Below, one piece after another: positions 22,103 to 34,800 of a stretch of 64,000 nucleotides of DNA. A program made the position numbers and the translations under genes. The notes beneath the pieces were generated by a model. The model was not told the origin of the DNA. It saw only the letters and a list, made by a program, of their open reading frames with translations, and did not search any database. Within the stretch, counting starts at the first letter, position 1. Every line of letters starts with the position of its first letter. The stretch comes from Anthoceros angustus (Eukaryota; Plantae; Anthocerotophyta), in the NCBI GenBank assembly GCA_010909165.1, contig MU008163.1:1550001-1614000 (forward strand), given 5' to 3'.

Positions 22103-23233
22103 ATGGCATCGGCTCGGAGTATCTCGGCCGTTTTCGCAGCGTGCGCGATGGTGTATTGCCTTCTTGCTCCGCAGTTTGGTGAGCCTGCAGTCTTTTCATT
22201 GCAATTCTTCTTGCCCGTGGTTTTGATACCATTTCTTCTGTTTGCGGTGAGCGGAATTGCAGCTAGACTGGAAGTTTGTTGCCATCGGGAACGCTTTTCA
22301 GCTCTGTGGAGATCTTTTGCTTGTTCTTGTTTGCTATTTGGAAGGGAAAGTTGCTATCCGCAGAAAATGCTCCTAGTTTGCAGATGTATGCGTTACAGTT
22401 ACAGTCACAGTTACAAGCATTTTTCTGTCCGATTTGATACGCCTGCTTCCGATCTCTGCTCCGCAAGCAGCTCGTCCGCAATGTAAGTAGATTAGGCCTC
22501 GAATTGCTCGCCTGCAACTGATCTTTCTCCGGAATGGATGCTTCCAGGAGTTTCAACTGCATGCAACGGCACTCATAGCCAGGGCAAAAGTATCTCGATT
22601 GTGAACAAATGCAATTTCGTAGTTTGGCCTGGTGTTCAATCAAACGGAGGGCAGCCGCTATTGGCAAACGGTGGATTTGAACTGGCTCCTGGAAAATCGC
22701 GCACCATCAGTCTCCCTCCTAACTGGGGCGGCCGAGTCTGGGGTCGGACTGGGTGTGCCTTCGACGACCAAGGTCTGTTTCAGTGTCATACAGGAGCATG
22801 TGGGAACCAACTCCAATGTGCAGGAGCCGGGGGGACGCCTCCTGCTACTCTTGCTGAAGTTACCTTGGGCTCGACGGACTACTACGATGTTAGTCTTGTG
22901 GATGGTTACAATTTGCCCTTGACCTTGCAAGCTACCACTTCAGGATGTACAGTTGCAGGATGCACAAGTGACTTGAACATAGTTTGTCCTCCAGACTTGG
23001 CCGTGCTCAATCCCAGCGGTAGAGTGGTTGGATGTAAGAGTGCTTGCGCGGCGTATGGCTTTCCCGAGTTCTGCTGCTCCGAAGCCTTCAACAGTCCGCA
23101 AACTTGCAGGCCCACGACCTATTCATCCATCTTCAAGAGTGCTTGTCCCACAGCTTACAGTTACGCGTACGATGATCTTAGCAGCCTCCTCACCTGCCCC
23201 GGTGGTGCTAGCTACACTGTCACTTTTTGCTAG
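22103..23233 (+). CDS. Thaumatin-like protein (PR-5 family), secreted; 2 exons (22103-22178, 22548-23233)
   Basis: NKCNFVVWPG, GRVWGRTGC, TLAEVT, DYYDVSLVDGYNLP, AYSYAYDD, YTVTFC* with the 16 conserved Cys. A hydrophobic signal-peptide exon MASARSISAVFAACAMVYCLLAPQF joins in phase 1 across a GT-AG intron. Confidence 0.93.
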
Positions 23234-23773
23234 TCACCCATCCCTTGTTAGCATGAATGGAGCAAAATGACAGGGATGAAGTTCCTTTTTTGGCGGAAAA
23301 CAGTTGACGAGACTAGTTGAGGCTAGAAGTAGTCTGCGAATACATGGCCTGAGTTGCGACTACAGGTTCAATGGAGGTGACTATGTGGACCCCATTTGTA
23401 TACAACGTTCACGAGTACGAAGTGTGATGAAGCCTTATCCATTGCCCTTCCCATGTCGTCCGATACTGTCTATACAAAACGACTGCAGCTGAAGATCAGC
23501 TGGCCGAGTCATTATTTGACGGAAACAGAAAATAGGGCAGGCTGGTTTAGACCGCTTATAGCACAAAATAAGCAAGCCCGCACTGATTTGTCATAGGTGC
23601 TGGTCCGTGCCTTTCTTACCTCACCTTATCCTCCCAACGAACGCCGGTGACCTAAAACTTGTCACTCTCCTTGACGAAACAGAGGCTCGTGAACGAGCGG
23701 TTGGCAGGACATTTGGCGCCATTGCCATCCTCGCCTCATCCACTTTCGTGTCGGGAGGACGAGGGAGGATAGC

Positions 23774-24325
23774 ATGGCTGCGCGAGTGGCAACATGCGCG
23801 GCCTTGGCCGCCGCTGCCTCCTGCTCCTACATGCCCTCGCCTGCTTCATGTCGGAAGTCGAGCCGGTGCGGCATCGCATGGAGAGGCGGGGTTGTGTGCA
23901 TTGCTAGGGAGAATTCGTCAGGATGTTCCCAAGTAGCTGGATTGAGCTCCAGTTGGCGGCCCAGGAGCTTTGGATTCGGAGGCTCAAGGGCGTCATCCAG
24001 GATTTCGGCTCGTGATGTTGTGTGCGAGGTTGCGGTGGAGATTGGGGGAGCTCGCTCCAACAAGGAAGAGCCCGTGGGAGTTGGTGCCAGAGTGAGAGTG
24101 AAGGGGCCGTTGAAGGTTTACCATGTGAAGCAGTTTCCTGACTTGGATTTGGACGGGTTGGAGGGGGAGGTGAAGGATGTGTTAGGGGAGTGGAAGGGCA
24201 AGCCGGTGTCCGCCAATTTGCCCTTTAAGGTGCAATTCGTGTTGGAGGCGGAGGGCAAGCCGGTTAAATTCTTCGCCCATCTCAGGGATGGGGAGTTTGA
24301 GGTTGTGGATGCTGTGGCTAATTGA
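23774..24325 (+). CDS. FTRA: Ferredoxin-thioredoxin reductase variable (alpha) subunit with plastid transit peptide
   Basis: GARVRVKGPLKVYHV..GLEGEVK..WKGKPVSANLPFKVQF..VKFFAHLRDGEFEV matches the FTR variable chain. The N-terminus is Ser/Arg/Ala-rich. Confidence 0.9.
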   Translation: MAARVATCAALAAAASCSYMPSPASCRKSSRCGIAWRGGVVCIARENSSGCSQVAGLSSSWRPRSFGFGGSRASSRISARDVVCEVAVEIGGARSNKEEPVGVGARVRVKGPLKVYHVKQFPDLDLDGLEGEVKDVLGEWKGKPVSANLPFKVQFVLEAEGKPVKFFAHLRDGEFEVVDAVAN

Positions 24326-25440
24326 GGCGGCTACCCAGGGTGTGGAGGAGGCACGTATCTGTAGACCTTGTGTAAGCAGTTACCATGGCACATTGGCTAG
24401 CACAAGGAGTTACCATGTTGGAGATGGCTCTTCTCTAACCTTGAGTTTGCAGCATTGTTACAGTTGGGGCTCTCATGATGTTGCCACCAGCAGTGAGATC
24501 CAGTTGTTCAACAGCAGACTGTCTTGCCTGTCTGAGGCAACGCAAATCTGCCCTGGGCAGTGATGGTGAGCTCGGCACTTCATTCCCAGGTGGCCGAGCT
24601 TTTCCATATATGCTTCCGCTCTTAACAGAGGAACGGATATAGTTGGAGTGAGATAGGTTTTATTGGACTCACAATTCATAAGTAGGGAAATTCTTAAGCC
24701 AGGGCAGCGCCGAGGATGTAAGACTGGTTGACATGGTGTTTGACATTTCACCGTTTTAACTCTTGGTCTGTGATGTACATTATGAGGTTGGGCTGCTGGA
24801 ATGTAAACCTACTGCAATGTAAACCTAGCCTGCTGCTTTGGAGTGGCATGAGGTGTTTTGGCAGATAGATAGGCCCGTGATGCCATGCTGAACCTCCTTC
24901 AGGGTACCCCTGCCTTGCAACTCCTTCATACTGGCCGTTGCGGCAGAAAACTTTCTGTCTCGCAACTTGGGCTCCGGTGTTAGGATGTTGTCATCCAACT
25001 TGGGCTCTGGTGTTGGGATGTTGACATCCAAGTTAACGTTTAGGGCTTTTCTTACACACATACACATGTTTCTGTTTGCATGGAACACACAAGTATATGT
25101 TTGTTGGATATATCTGGCCAGCGTATCTGGCCAGCGTGAGGAGAAGAAGAATTCTATTTTAAGTCCACTAAGGATGGATTATCGTCATGGGACTTGGTAC
25201 TTAACAACTTGTACCTAAGCTACTTGCACCAAGGGCATTCACTCCCTTTAGGCACCCCATCTAAGTACAGATCTAAGCTCAGGATGCTTAATCATGACGT
25301 TCTTATAAATGTGTGTCCCTTTGGCCTAAGCCATTTAGACATACATTCTTGGATATTCGTTCCCATTCCATGAATATAGATGCAACGGCTTTGTACAAAG
25401 ATTCTTGATACACCTCGTGATGACATCTGTATGTGTACGT

Positions 25441-26345
25441 CACTACTAGGAAAAGTATACTTTTACAACAATCATTGTAAAATTGCTGTTGTAAACACCC
25501 CTTAATAGTATATATACTTATATGCTATATAGATGTATACGTCCTTGTGTATATTATATGAGCATGGCATACACTGTTGTAAATTCAACCGTTGTAAATA
25601 TTCTAAATCCCTGTAAATTCTACCATTGTAAGTTATGTATGACGTCGTAAATATATCCGACCTCTATAGTCGAAACCATTGTAAATTGAGCTGTTGTAAA
25701 TAATTTCTTCCATTGTAAATATCCCCACAAAAAAATCAAACCATTATAAATAACAATAATTTAACCCATTGTAAACTCCGATGTTGTAAATAATATATGT
25801 CATTGTAAATATTTTTCCTCCAAAATTCAAACCCTTGTAAAAAATGAATACCATTGTAAATTCTAATGTTGTAAATATTTTCCCCCAAAAATTCAAACCG
25901 CTATAGATAATTCAACCCATTGTAAAATCTGCTGTTGTAAAGAGTTTCTGCCTTTGCAGATTCCTCCCGCCCAAAATTCAAACCATTGTTGATAATTTAA
26001 ACCATAATAAATTCTGCTATAGTAAATAGTTTCTACCGTAATAAAAAGTTCTACCAAAAATAATTCAAACCGTTGTAGAAAATTCAATCCATTGTAAATT
26101 TTGCTGTTGTAAACAGTTTCTACCTTTAGAAATTATTTTATGCCGAAAGTTCAAACCATTGTAAGTAATTTAAATTGTTGTAAATTCTACTAATATAAAT
26201 AATTTCTACCGTAGTAAAAAGTTTCACCAAAAAAATTCAAACCATTTTTAAAAGTATCGTTGTAAAATCAATCGTTGTCAATTTTTCTAATTATATTAAA
26301 TTAATATAATTATTTTAAATGTTTAGTTTGGGCTATTGTAAAGTA
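25441..26345 (+). mobile_element. CACTA (En/Spm) transposon end with AT-rich subterminal repeat array
   Basis: Begins CACTACTAGGAAAA, followed by about 20 copies of a (CCA/TGT)TTGTAAA motif plus an inverted copy near 25460. The matching opposite TIR was not found. Confidence 0.65.
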
Positions 26346-26499
26346 TTTCAAATTTGTCCTATGGACAAAATTGCCCGAAATTCCCTATATTGGCTACTAG
26401 GCATAAATTCTACATTAGTCTACTATAACACTACCTATAGTAGTCTACTATAATTGCTATGTAATTGCTGCCAACTTTCAATCGTCTCCAATTCATCAT

Positions 26500-27900
26500 A
26501 AGAGACCTGAAAAAACACAGACATCAAAGAGGAGTTCATCATTAGATTCGTGCACTCTCAATAATTACAATCAAGACGTTCAACAAACCATTACCTACAA
26601 TCATGCAGATGGTTTAGCATAAAACCACACCTACAATCATCCAGATGGTTTAGCATAAAACCATCATCCTCAACAACGTTACGAAGAAGAAGAAGAAGAA
26701 TTTTATTTGAGTCCACTAAGGATGGATTTCCGTCATGGGACTTGGTACTTGACAACTTGTACCATGGTGTGCCTAAGCTACTTGCACCAAGGGCATCCAC
26801 TCCCTTTAGGCACCCCATCTAAGTACCGATCTAAGCTCAAGATGCTTAATCACAGCGTTCTTATAAATGTGTGTCCATTTGGCCTAAGCCATTTGGACAC
26901 ACATATATATATTATGGTAGATAGCCTCCATCACCTTCGTATCTGACTCTTCAATTCCATACTCTACTGCAATCAAGTCGTTCCACAGAGTTAAAGCCTT
27001 CATCTTCTTCCCATTTGAGTGCTCTCCAATCCATCATAAGAGACCTGAAAAAATATAGACATCAAAGAGGAGTTCATCATTAGATTCGTGCACTCTCAAT
27101 AGCTTTGTACAATCAAAGATGTTCAATAGACCATTACCTACAATCATGCAGATGGTTTAGCATAAAACCATTATCCTCAACAACGTTATGGTAGATAGCC
27201 TCCATCACCTTCGCATCTGACTCTTTAATTCCATACTCTACTGCAATCAAGTCGTTCCACATAGTTAAAGCCTTCATCTTCTTCCCATTTGAGTGCTTTT
27301 GTTGAACCATCCGGGAGCAGGGGCAGGGGGTGTTCACTCTCCTTCCAATATGCATTCGACTTCTTCAACCATGAACTTGGTTTGGATGGCACTATCGCTA
27401 TCTCCTCAGTTGTTGGGCTCTTACCAACCCTGCCTTCATAAGGCCTTTTGACCTCCATTGCCAAAATGAGCGAAAGGTTTAAATTTGCTCCTATTTGCTG
27501 CAGCCAACTTCTGCTGGGATGGGCCACTAGCCATCCCTCCTTCACAGATTTGGGCCTCACTTTCTTGACTTCATCCAGAAAGTTCCTAGCTTCCCTCCAC
27601 ACATTTTTTCTCCAAAACTTGATGTTATTGGAGAAAAACTATATGGCAATGGCATCCATGGTCCAAGGACCAAATATCAATCTGCGAAGGTTAGATTCCA
27701 TAAGGAATCTTGTACCCTCAGTCTCATCCCAAAAGCTTTGTACCAATGGATTGCAGAAAATTCTTATGCTCTAGCAATACTGGTCTCTCATGTGCACCCA
27801 GGTATTGGTTAGGCTTGATGAATCCTATAGCCAGCGCAAAACAACAGGACAATAGTTAGAATCTTACAATGAAACACTAACCACTAAATGTTTGAACATG
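26500..27900 (-). pseudogene. Rearranged, decayed transposase-like remnants (possibly CACTA tnp2)
   Basis: Short ORFs such as RPYEGRVGKSPTTEEI..WLKKSNAYWKE loosely resemble tnp2. Local duplications: 26500-26700 ~ 27030-27190, 26915-27020 ~ 27190-27295, 26690-26900 ~ 25140-25350. Confidence 0.4.
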
Positions 27901-28332
27901 CAGATGTATTTAGGCCTATTATTCAGGTTTGATATTCAGGCTTGAACATTAGGCCTGAATAATAGGCCTGATGACACACTACTATGGTACTCTAGGAGCT
28001 GCTAGTGGAAAAATACGATGGTGGTAGGCATTCCGGAAAATATCTCCGAAAAAAAGGGTGTCACCTACTAAAGTTCCTACTTTCCATCCAGCAATGTTCC
28101 TGTCGAATGGTGGTCGCAAACTCGAACCTATGGGATTAATACAAAGTAGGAATGGTAAGGAAGGCCAATCTTGCCGGGAAGGGACGACTGTAAATTCAAT
28201 TTTGGGAGGAAAATGTGGTTTAGTAAGGACACAACAAAAGCCACGGATAGGGTATTTCCAAAACACAGTAACATCTAGAACCAGACGTACCACATTCACT
28301 CTGGGACCCCGGGACAAACCGTGATTTCAGTT

Positions 28333-28900
28333 TCACTCATCACTAGAGTTCAATCCTTCGTCATCACTTGGTCCAGCTTCTCCAGCATTGTCATCACTAT
28401 CTTCAGCGGCACTTTGACTCGAAAGTTGTATGAAGCTGCGCAACTCGCTGAGCTTATCCCTTATCGCTTTTTTGTCCACCGCATATACATGTTTCCGTGA
28501 GTTCAACACAAACCCATAATACAGGATGGCTGTCTCATTCACAAACACCTCCTGTATGTTTTTTGGGTAATGGACCTTATTCCCTTTTTTCCTCGGCATC
28601 AGATCAGATGGCTTGGTACTCTGACGGACTATGTACTCCTCCACATATCTCCCTTCGTACGCATCTGTGTGCTCGGTCCCATACCAGTGGATAAGAAAGG
28701 GAGGTCGTGGTGCATCTAGCTTCGCGTCAATGACTCTCCCGAATCCAGAATGGCCTGTTATGCCTGTCCTATGGATCCATACTGCACGGCACTGCCAGAA
28801 ACATCCCCTTCCATATTTCCATTATGTCCCCATTCATACGCGCCATTCCCACTATTGCCTTCCGGCATTTTGATATGCCCCCAATTACATATCACGCTGT
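28333..28900 (-). pseudogene. Frameshifted ORF of probable transposon origin
   Basis: Stitched frames read MFLAVPC..RPFWI/GRVIDAKLDAPRPPFLIHWYGTEHTDAYEGRYVEEY.. ending in an acidic tail; stops and a 1-nt shift are present. Confidence 0.35.
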
Positions 28901-29035
28901 GGGAGGTCCCTCAATAATGCCTCATCCAGCAAAGCTTCATCCGGCACTTGAAATGGTCAGGCTGTATGATCCACTTCTGCACGTGAAAACCACTTCCAAG
29001 GACGATGTAGCACGGATGTGGCCGGCCGGTCCGCA

Positions 29036-29162
29036 CCTTCCCCTAGCACACCCTGCCCATGGGCGCCGGCCAGCCGGCGCCCTTCCCTAGCACACCCTGC
29101 CCTACCCATGGGCGCCGGCCGGCCAACGCCCTTCCCTAGCACACCCTGCCCTACCCATGGGC
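29036..29162. repeat. GC-rich ~49-bp tandem repeat, 3 copies
   Basis: CCTTCCCTAGCACACCCTGCCCTACCCATGGGCG.. repeated. Confidence 0.8.
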
Positions 29163-29326
29163 GATGATGGCGATGATTCCCCTTCTGACAGCAAGATTCA
29201 TGATTCATTAGGGTTTCTGTTGGAGGACACATACACATATTTTTTCTGCACATGCCCACTTTGGACATGTCTGTGATATCTATCTATGAAGATAGTTATC
29301 TGTTGGTGGGAATGAAATCGTGTTGT

Positions 29327-29360
29327 TGGTGGGAATGAAATCATGATTTCATTCCCACCA
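29327..29360. repeat. Perfect 34-bp palindrome
   Basis: TGGTGGGAATGAAATCA|TGATTTCATTCCCACCA, with an extra direct half-copy at about 29304-29319. Confidence 0.9.
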
Positions 29361-30070
29361 TTTCACTTCCATTAAGTTTGCCATGGCGAATGGTCATTTC
29401 ATCTTCAAGCAGAGGTGGTGGTTTTGCTGTAATGCTGCAGCTCACCCATGATACCAGTGCATTGTGGGTTCCTTCTTTCTAAGTCACCTCGGATGGCTTC
29501 GAATGCGGATTTTCTAGCTTCTCGGCCGGATGAGTATCTTTTTAATCTGGAGAGGCCTCTCAACGTGGTTTCTGTGAGGACTGCCAAGTCCTATGATAGG
29601 CTTGAGTCTCCTTCCAAATCTAGAGTGTGAACTGAGAGGGAGGGGAGGGCTATGTCTCCATCAAGATCCCGTGTAAACTCTAGCGAGGAAGGGAATCCAA
29701 GGTGCACATTGATGACGATCAAGTGCTTACCAACATGTCTCTGCTGGCCACATATATATGACCTTCAAGTACTTGTTGTCAACCTTGCACCACACATGCG
29801 ACAAAAAAAAACCACATTTGCACTCATGCCTCCATTGAACAAAAAACTTGGAACAGTCTGCGCCCAAAAGAGTCCTCTACATCCTACACCTCCCTCGATC
29901 CCGGAAGAGCACCGTATGGAAGTTCAGACGACAAGGGTGGGGAGTTCGACGTCACTGGGTGGCCCACAATATGTGCACAACGTGGCTTTGGAGATACCAC
30001 CGCTAGGTGCCATTGAACTACTGTCCAACGTGAGAAATTGTACGCTACATGTGCATAAGTTCGTAGGTTG

Positions 30071-30275
30071 TAAAACAATCTTGCATTTATCGCATGATTG
30101 TGTAGAGGGGAACGATGAGCACATGAGCGAGTGTTGAATAGAAAAACGGTTACATTGAATAAGAATCAAAAGATTATATGTACAAGAAAAAGAGCGGTTA
30201 TTCGTTGAAACTGTTTATAAGACTAAACCCTAGATTTATGTTTAGGGTAAATGACTTAATTTGTGATTTTCTACA
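30071..30275 (-). repeat. 3' LTR of the copia element (205 bp)
   Basis: Closely matches 59831-60026. The minus strand starts TG immediately after the polypurine tract AAGAGGGAG (30276-30284). Confidence 0.85.
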
Positions 30276-31755
30276 CTCCCTCTTAGGCGCAATAAACAGG
30301 AAATGAAAACCACGAAATAATAAGGCATCATTGCGCGCAAAAACGGGGAGCAGGAGTTCGCGCAGTACAGCACCCTGAATTACTCTCCACCAAGAGTAGC
30401 ACGCCCGCTTACAAATAGCAACAACTATGGCACCTCTCACTCTCCAGCAATCTCTCTGTGCCATTACTGGCGTCCAAACTGTGGCATTCATCTGGCACCT
30501 CTGTAGGATATCCATTGCTCTCCTGCGCAACTATAGTCACTGCTGTATGCTCATGGCTCCACATCGCAGAGGTGTCGAGTGTCTTCACTGTAGCAGGCAG
30601 TGGGTGCCTGTCACCCAATTCACTCCGCGCCAGTGGATTCTTCACAACGTGACATGTGATGTGGCGCGACTTTTGCTGACGCTCAGCCGGGCGCGCACAA
30701 TCCCGTGTTGTTGCAGTAAGGGGTCAATTCCCAAGGGAATGATTGGTTCCGTTTTGCACGTCGCGGACCGAGTCTCACCTCGATGTTGGGCAGTTTCTAT
30801 CTGAGACCACAACGCAATCGTTTTCACTCCTAATTACTCTTAAGCGTCCACCGAACAGGCCCGGCGTGGCCAAACGTTTAAGGACTCGTTCTCGTCCGTT
30901 TCCTATCAGTCCATGCTATGTCTCGTCTAGTCCGTCTCGCCTACCACACTCACTAAGCACAATACCGGTTGGGAAATCGTGGGTGGGTTTGCGTGGCCCG
31001 GACCTCCGTTGTCGTTCAACCAGGCCTCTCCGTCCGGGCTCTGCAAGTCCTCTCGGAGTTCCGCTGGTCTCACACGTTCTAGTCCGCTCGACGCCGACCT
31101 CCTGCTCCGGAAGAGCAAGGGTCCTTGGTCGTCCGCTCCTGCACACACCACCACACGTTAGGGTCCGTCACCAGGACCTGGATCAGTCTCTCCGGGGCTG
31201 TCTTGCCTGTTCGGTGACTCAGGACTCACGCTAGCCAAGGACACACAAGGGTCTGCAAGGGAAACGCGGTATCAACCCCAAAAGAAAGATGCTTTACTAG
31301 AGCAGCCCCTGCCCTCTTATACTACGCCCTAAGGCGGCATCTTTATTACACTCCTATTCTAAGCTGATGTCCAGCTCAATGTGCCCTAGCCTCCAGCCCA
31401 CTATTTCCCTTAGCTAGCCTATCTGCGTCTACGGCGGTGGGGCTGGGAGTGCCCATGATTCCGCCCTGGCGTTGGTGGCCCAATCCCTAGCCGTGACAGT
31501 TGCGGCGCGCCCAATCGAATGATCCGTGATGCAGGGCCCCTCGCCCTTCCCGAGACTCTGTCAGGCTGAGCTACGGGTGGCGGCTTGACGACCGTAGTGA
31601 CCACCAAGTCCTCCTCTTCGCCCCCTCTTAACTCGCTGGTGGGTCCCTGCTCTGCGGGTCCACCAGGAGGCTGTTCTGCCTGGGTGGGCTGACGGTGGTC
31701 CCCTCTCACCCTTTCCCCCTCTTGTGTCTGGACCTCGGGGTCCGGCCTTCTTTTT

Positions 31756-31885
31756 GGAGTCCGGATCTCAAGGTCCGGTCTCGTTTACGGAGTCCGGACC
31801 TCAGGGTCCAGTCTCGATTCCGGAGTCCGGACCTCAGGGTCCGGTCTCGATTCCAGAGTTCGGACCTCAAGGTCCGGTCTCGCGG
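31756..31885. repeat. 33-bp tandem repeat x4 in element A2
   Basis: GGAGTCCGGACCTCAGGGTCCGGTCTCGATTCC units; related units at about 32935-33035 and, inverted, at about 54290-54530. Confidence 0.8.
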
Positions 31886-34800
31886 GTTCCTGGACACCTC
31901 GCCCAGAGCATTCCCCGGGGGCCCGTCTTCACCCACCGGACCCCCTGCCTATCTTGGGTCCCCCTGGACTTCTCCTTCTCTGACCCCCTCGGGGCCCTCC
32001 TCCCCTTCTTCCCTTGTGGGGTGCGACGAACTTACCTCTTGTTTGGTAGTGTCCACCGTATCCCCCTCGTCCTGGTGCTCTCCTTCTCCGCTGTTGCTCT
32101 CATCCCCGAACAACGCCTCCAGGGTTCCGGTGGCGACGCTATCCCCGAGGCCTTCATCTTGCCCCCCTCCCTCTGATCCTTCCGGTGGCCCCTCAATCTG
32201 TCGGGGGTGAGACAGGACCTCCAGCGCCTTAAGGAGCTCCGCGTGGTAGTAGGCGAAGTCCGAGTCGACTTGCTGGATGGCTTCCTCCACATGGGCCTCG
32301 CCAGTTGGAGTCTGGCTGAGTCTCTCGAGGCGGCCAAGGCTGCCTCCGCCACTTCCTGCAGCCTTTGCTGCTACTCTGTGTGCTCCTCCTCCCGTCGTTT
32401 CTGCAGCTTGGCCATCTTGCTGGCCATGACGCGGCGTTCCCCTTCCGCCTTCCGCAACCGGACCAGCAGCTTTTGCTCCTCTCTCAGAGCGCTCTCCCCA
32501 CCATTCATCCTTGCCTGGAGGACCACCATCTCCCTTTCTAGGCGGTTCGGCAGCTCCGCCCGGCTCCTGGCTTCCTCCAAATCCTTCTCCATCTCGGCGA
32601 TGTCCAGCTCAATGTGCCCTAGCCTCCACTATTTCCCTTAGCTAGCCTATCCTCTCTGTGATGGTGGGGTGCCCCGATTCCGCCAGCGTTGGTGGCCCAA
32701 TCCTAGCCGTGACGTTCTGGCAATCGAATGATCCGTGATCGGGGCCCTCGCCTTCCGAGACTTCTGTCGAGCTACGGGTGGCGGCTTGACAGTAGTGACC
32801 ACCAAGTCCTCCTCTTCGCCCCTCTTAACTGGTGGGTCCACCTCTGCGGGTCCACGAGGCTGCTGGGTGGGTGGCGGTGGTCCCCTCTCACCCTTTCCCC
32901 TCTTGTGTCCGGACCTCGGGGTCCGGCCTTCTTTTTGGAGTCCGGATCTCAAGGTCCGGTCTCATTCTGGTCCGGACCTCGGGGTCGATCTCGATTCAGT
33001 CCGGACCTCGGTCGGTCTCGATTCAGTTCGGACCTCGAGTCGTCCATGAGTTCTGGACACCTCGCCCAGAGCATTCCCCGGGGGCCCGTCTTCACCCACC
33101 GGACCCCCTGCCTATCTTGGGTCCACAGACTTCTCCTTCTCGACCCCTCGGGGCCCTCCTCCCTTCTTCCCTTGTGGGGTCGGCGAACTTACCTCTTGTT
33201 TGGTAGTGTCCACACCGTATCCCCTAAATCTGGTGCTCTCCTTCTCCGTTGCTCTCATCCCGAACAACGCCTCCGGGGTTCGGTGGCGGCTATCCCAGGC
33301 CTTCATCTTGCCCCCTCCGAGTCCTTCCGGTGGCCCCTCAATCGCCGGGGTGAGGCAGGGACCTCAGCGCCCAGGAGCTCCAGCGTGGTAGTAGGCGGTC
33401 CAGTCGACTTCTTTGGATGGCTTCCTCCACATGGGCCTCGATTGGAGTCTGGAGTCTCTCGAGGCGGCCAAGGGCGCCTCGCCACTCCTGCTGCACCTTG
33501 CTACTACTGTGCTCCTCCTCCCGTCGTTTTGCGGCTTGGCCATCTTGGCAGCCATGGCGTTCCCTCCGCCTTCGCATGCGGACGGCTTTTGCTCCTCTCT
33601 CAGAGCCCTCTCCCCACCATTCATCCTTGCCTGGAGGGCCACCATCTCCCTTTCCAGGCGGTCCGGCAGCTCCGCCCGGCTCCTGGCTTCCTCCAAATCC
33701 TTCTCCATCTCGGCGATGTCCTGCTCCTTATTTCGCCGCCGAATTTCCTCCGCCCTCCAACAGAGCTGGAGCCGCTCTATCTCCCTTTCGTGGTCCTCGA
33801 TTCTTCCTTGGAGGTCCCCGTTCCGCTCCTCCGTTACCTGGAGCTGTAGCTCCAGGGTCTCCTTGCGGTCCTCCAGCTCCTGGCGCCGCTCCTCCGTACC
33901 TTGCAGCTGTGCCCAGAGATCTTCCATCTCCCAGGTGGTGGCCTCCCTCTTTTCTTCATGGCTTGCCCGTGCTTGCTCGCACCTTCGTCCTTCAGTTGGC
34001 GGCTACTCCCGCCGCCTCCCCCCACTGGTTCCGATCCCGCTGGTAGTGGTCCCTATCCGTCTTGATTTGAGCCCTCGCCTCCACGCCCTTCACAGGCCTC
34101 CCAAGCTTGGTGTTGTTCTGCAGGCGGTCTCGGCCAGTCCTTGGCCCCTCTCACCGCCTTCTCGCCTCCTCTGCCTCTTCTTGGGCCCCTTCTCTCTGCC
34201 TACAAAGTTCCTCTGCCTTTGCTTGTGCCTCCTGTTTTCCTGCCCATTTGTTCCATGCAGTGAAACCCTGTCTTGGTGGGCGGACTGGCCTCGGATTCGG
34301 CCGCGGTGCTTCTCCTCCTCGGCCTGTGAGGGTCTCCGCCTTTCTCACAGCTTGGGCGCCTCCGCCTAGCCTTGAAGCTCCACCATCGTCATCGGTGGCC
34401 TCCACTTCTGGGCCTTCTCTGGATTCGCGAGACCCCAAATACTCCGTCCATGATGGTGAGCACTCTCTGGTCTCTTCCACGGCCGGGGAGATACACGTGA
34501 ATCCGCGGGCTCGGGTACGCCAGTTCGTTAAGGACCTCAAGGTCGGTCTCATGAGTTCTGGACACCTCGCCCGAGCATTCCCGAGGGGCCCGTCTTCACC
34601 CGGACCCCTGCCTATCTTGGGTCCCAGACTTCTCCTTCTCGACCCCTCGGCCCTCCTCCCTTCTTCCCTTGTGGGGTCGACGAACTTACCTCTTGTTTGG
34701 TAGTGTCCACCGTATCCCCTGCCCGGTGCTCTCCTTCTCATTGTTGCTCATCCCGAACAACGCCTCCGGGGTTCGGTGGCGGCGCTATCCCCGAGGCCTT

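Noticed and set aside
21556-22486. ORFs of 147-208 aa upstream of the thaumatin gene
   Set aside because: No recognisable motifs. They overlap the promoter, signal-peptide exon and intron of the TLP gene.
15593-23794. The helicase and FTR ORFs both begin MAARVAT
   Set aside because: The codons differ and similarity ends after 7 residues; treated as coincidence.
15593-24325. Helicase + PR-5 + FTR as a functional defence cluster
   Set aside because: Adjacent unrelated genes are expected in a compact plant genome, and nothing in the sequence indicates co-regulation.
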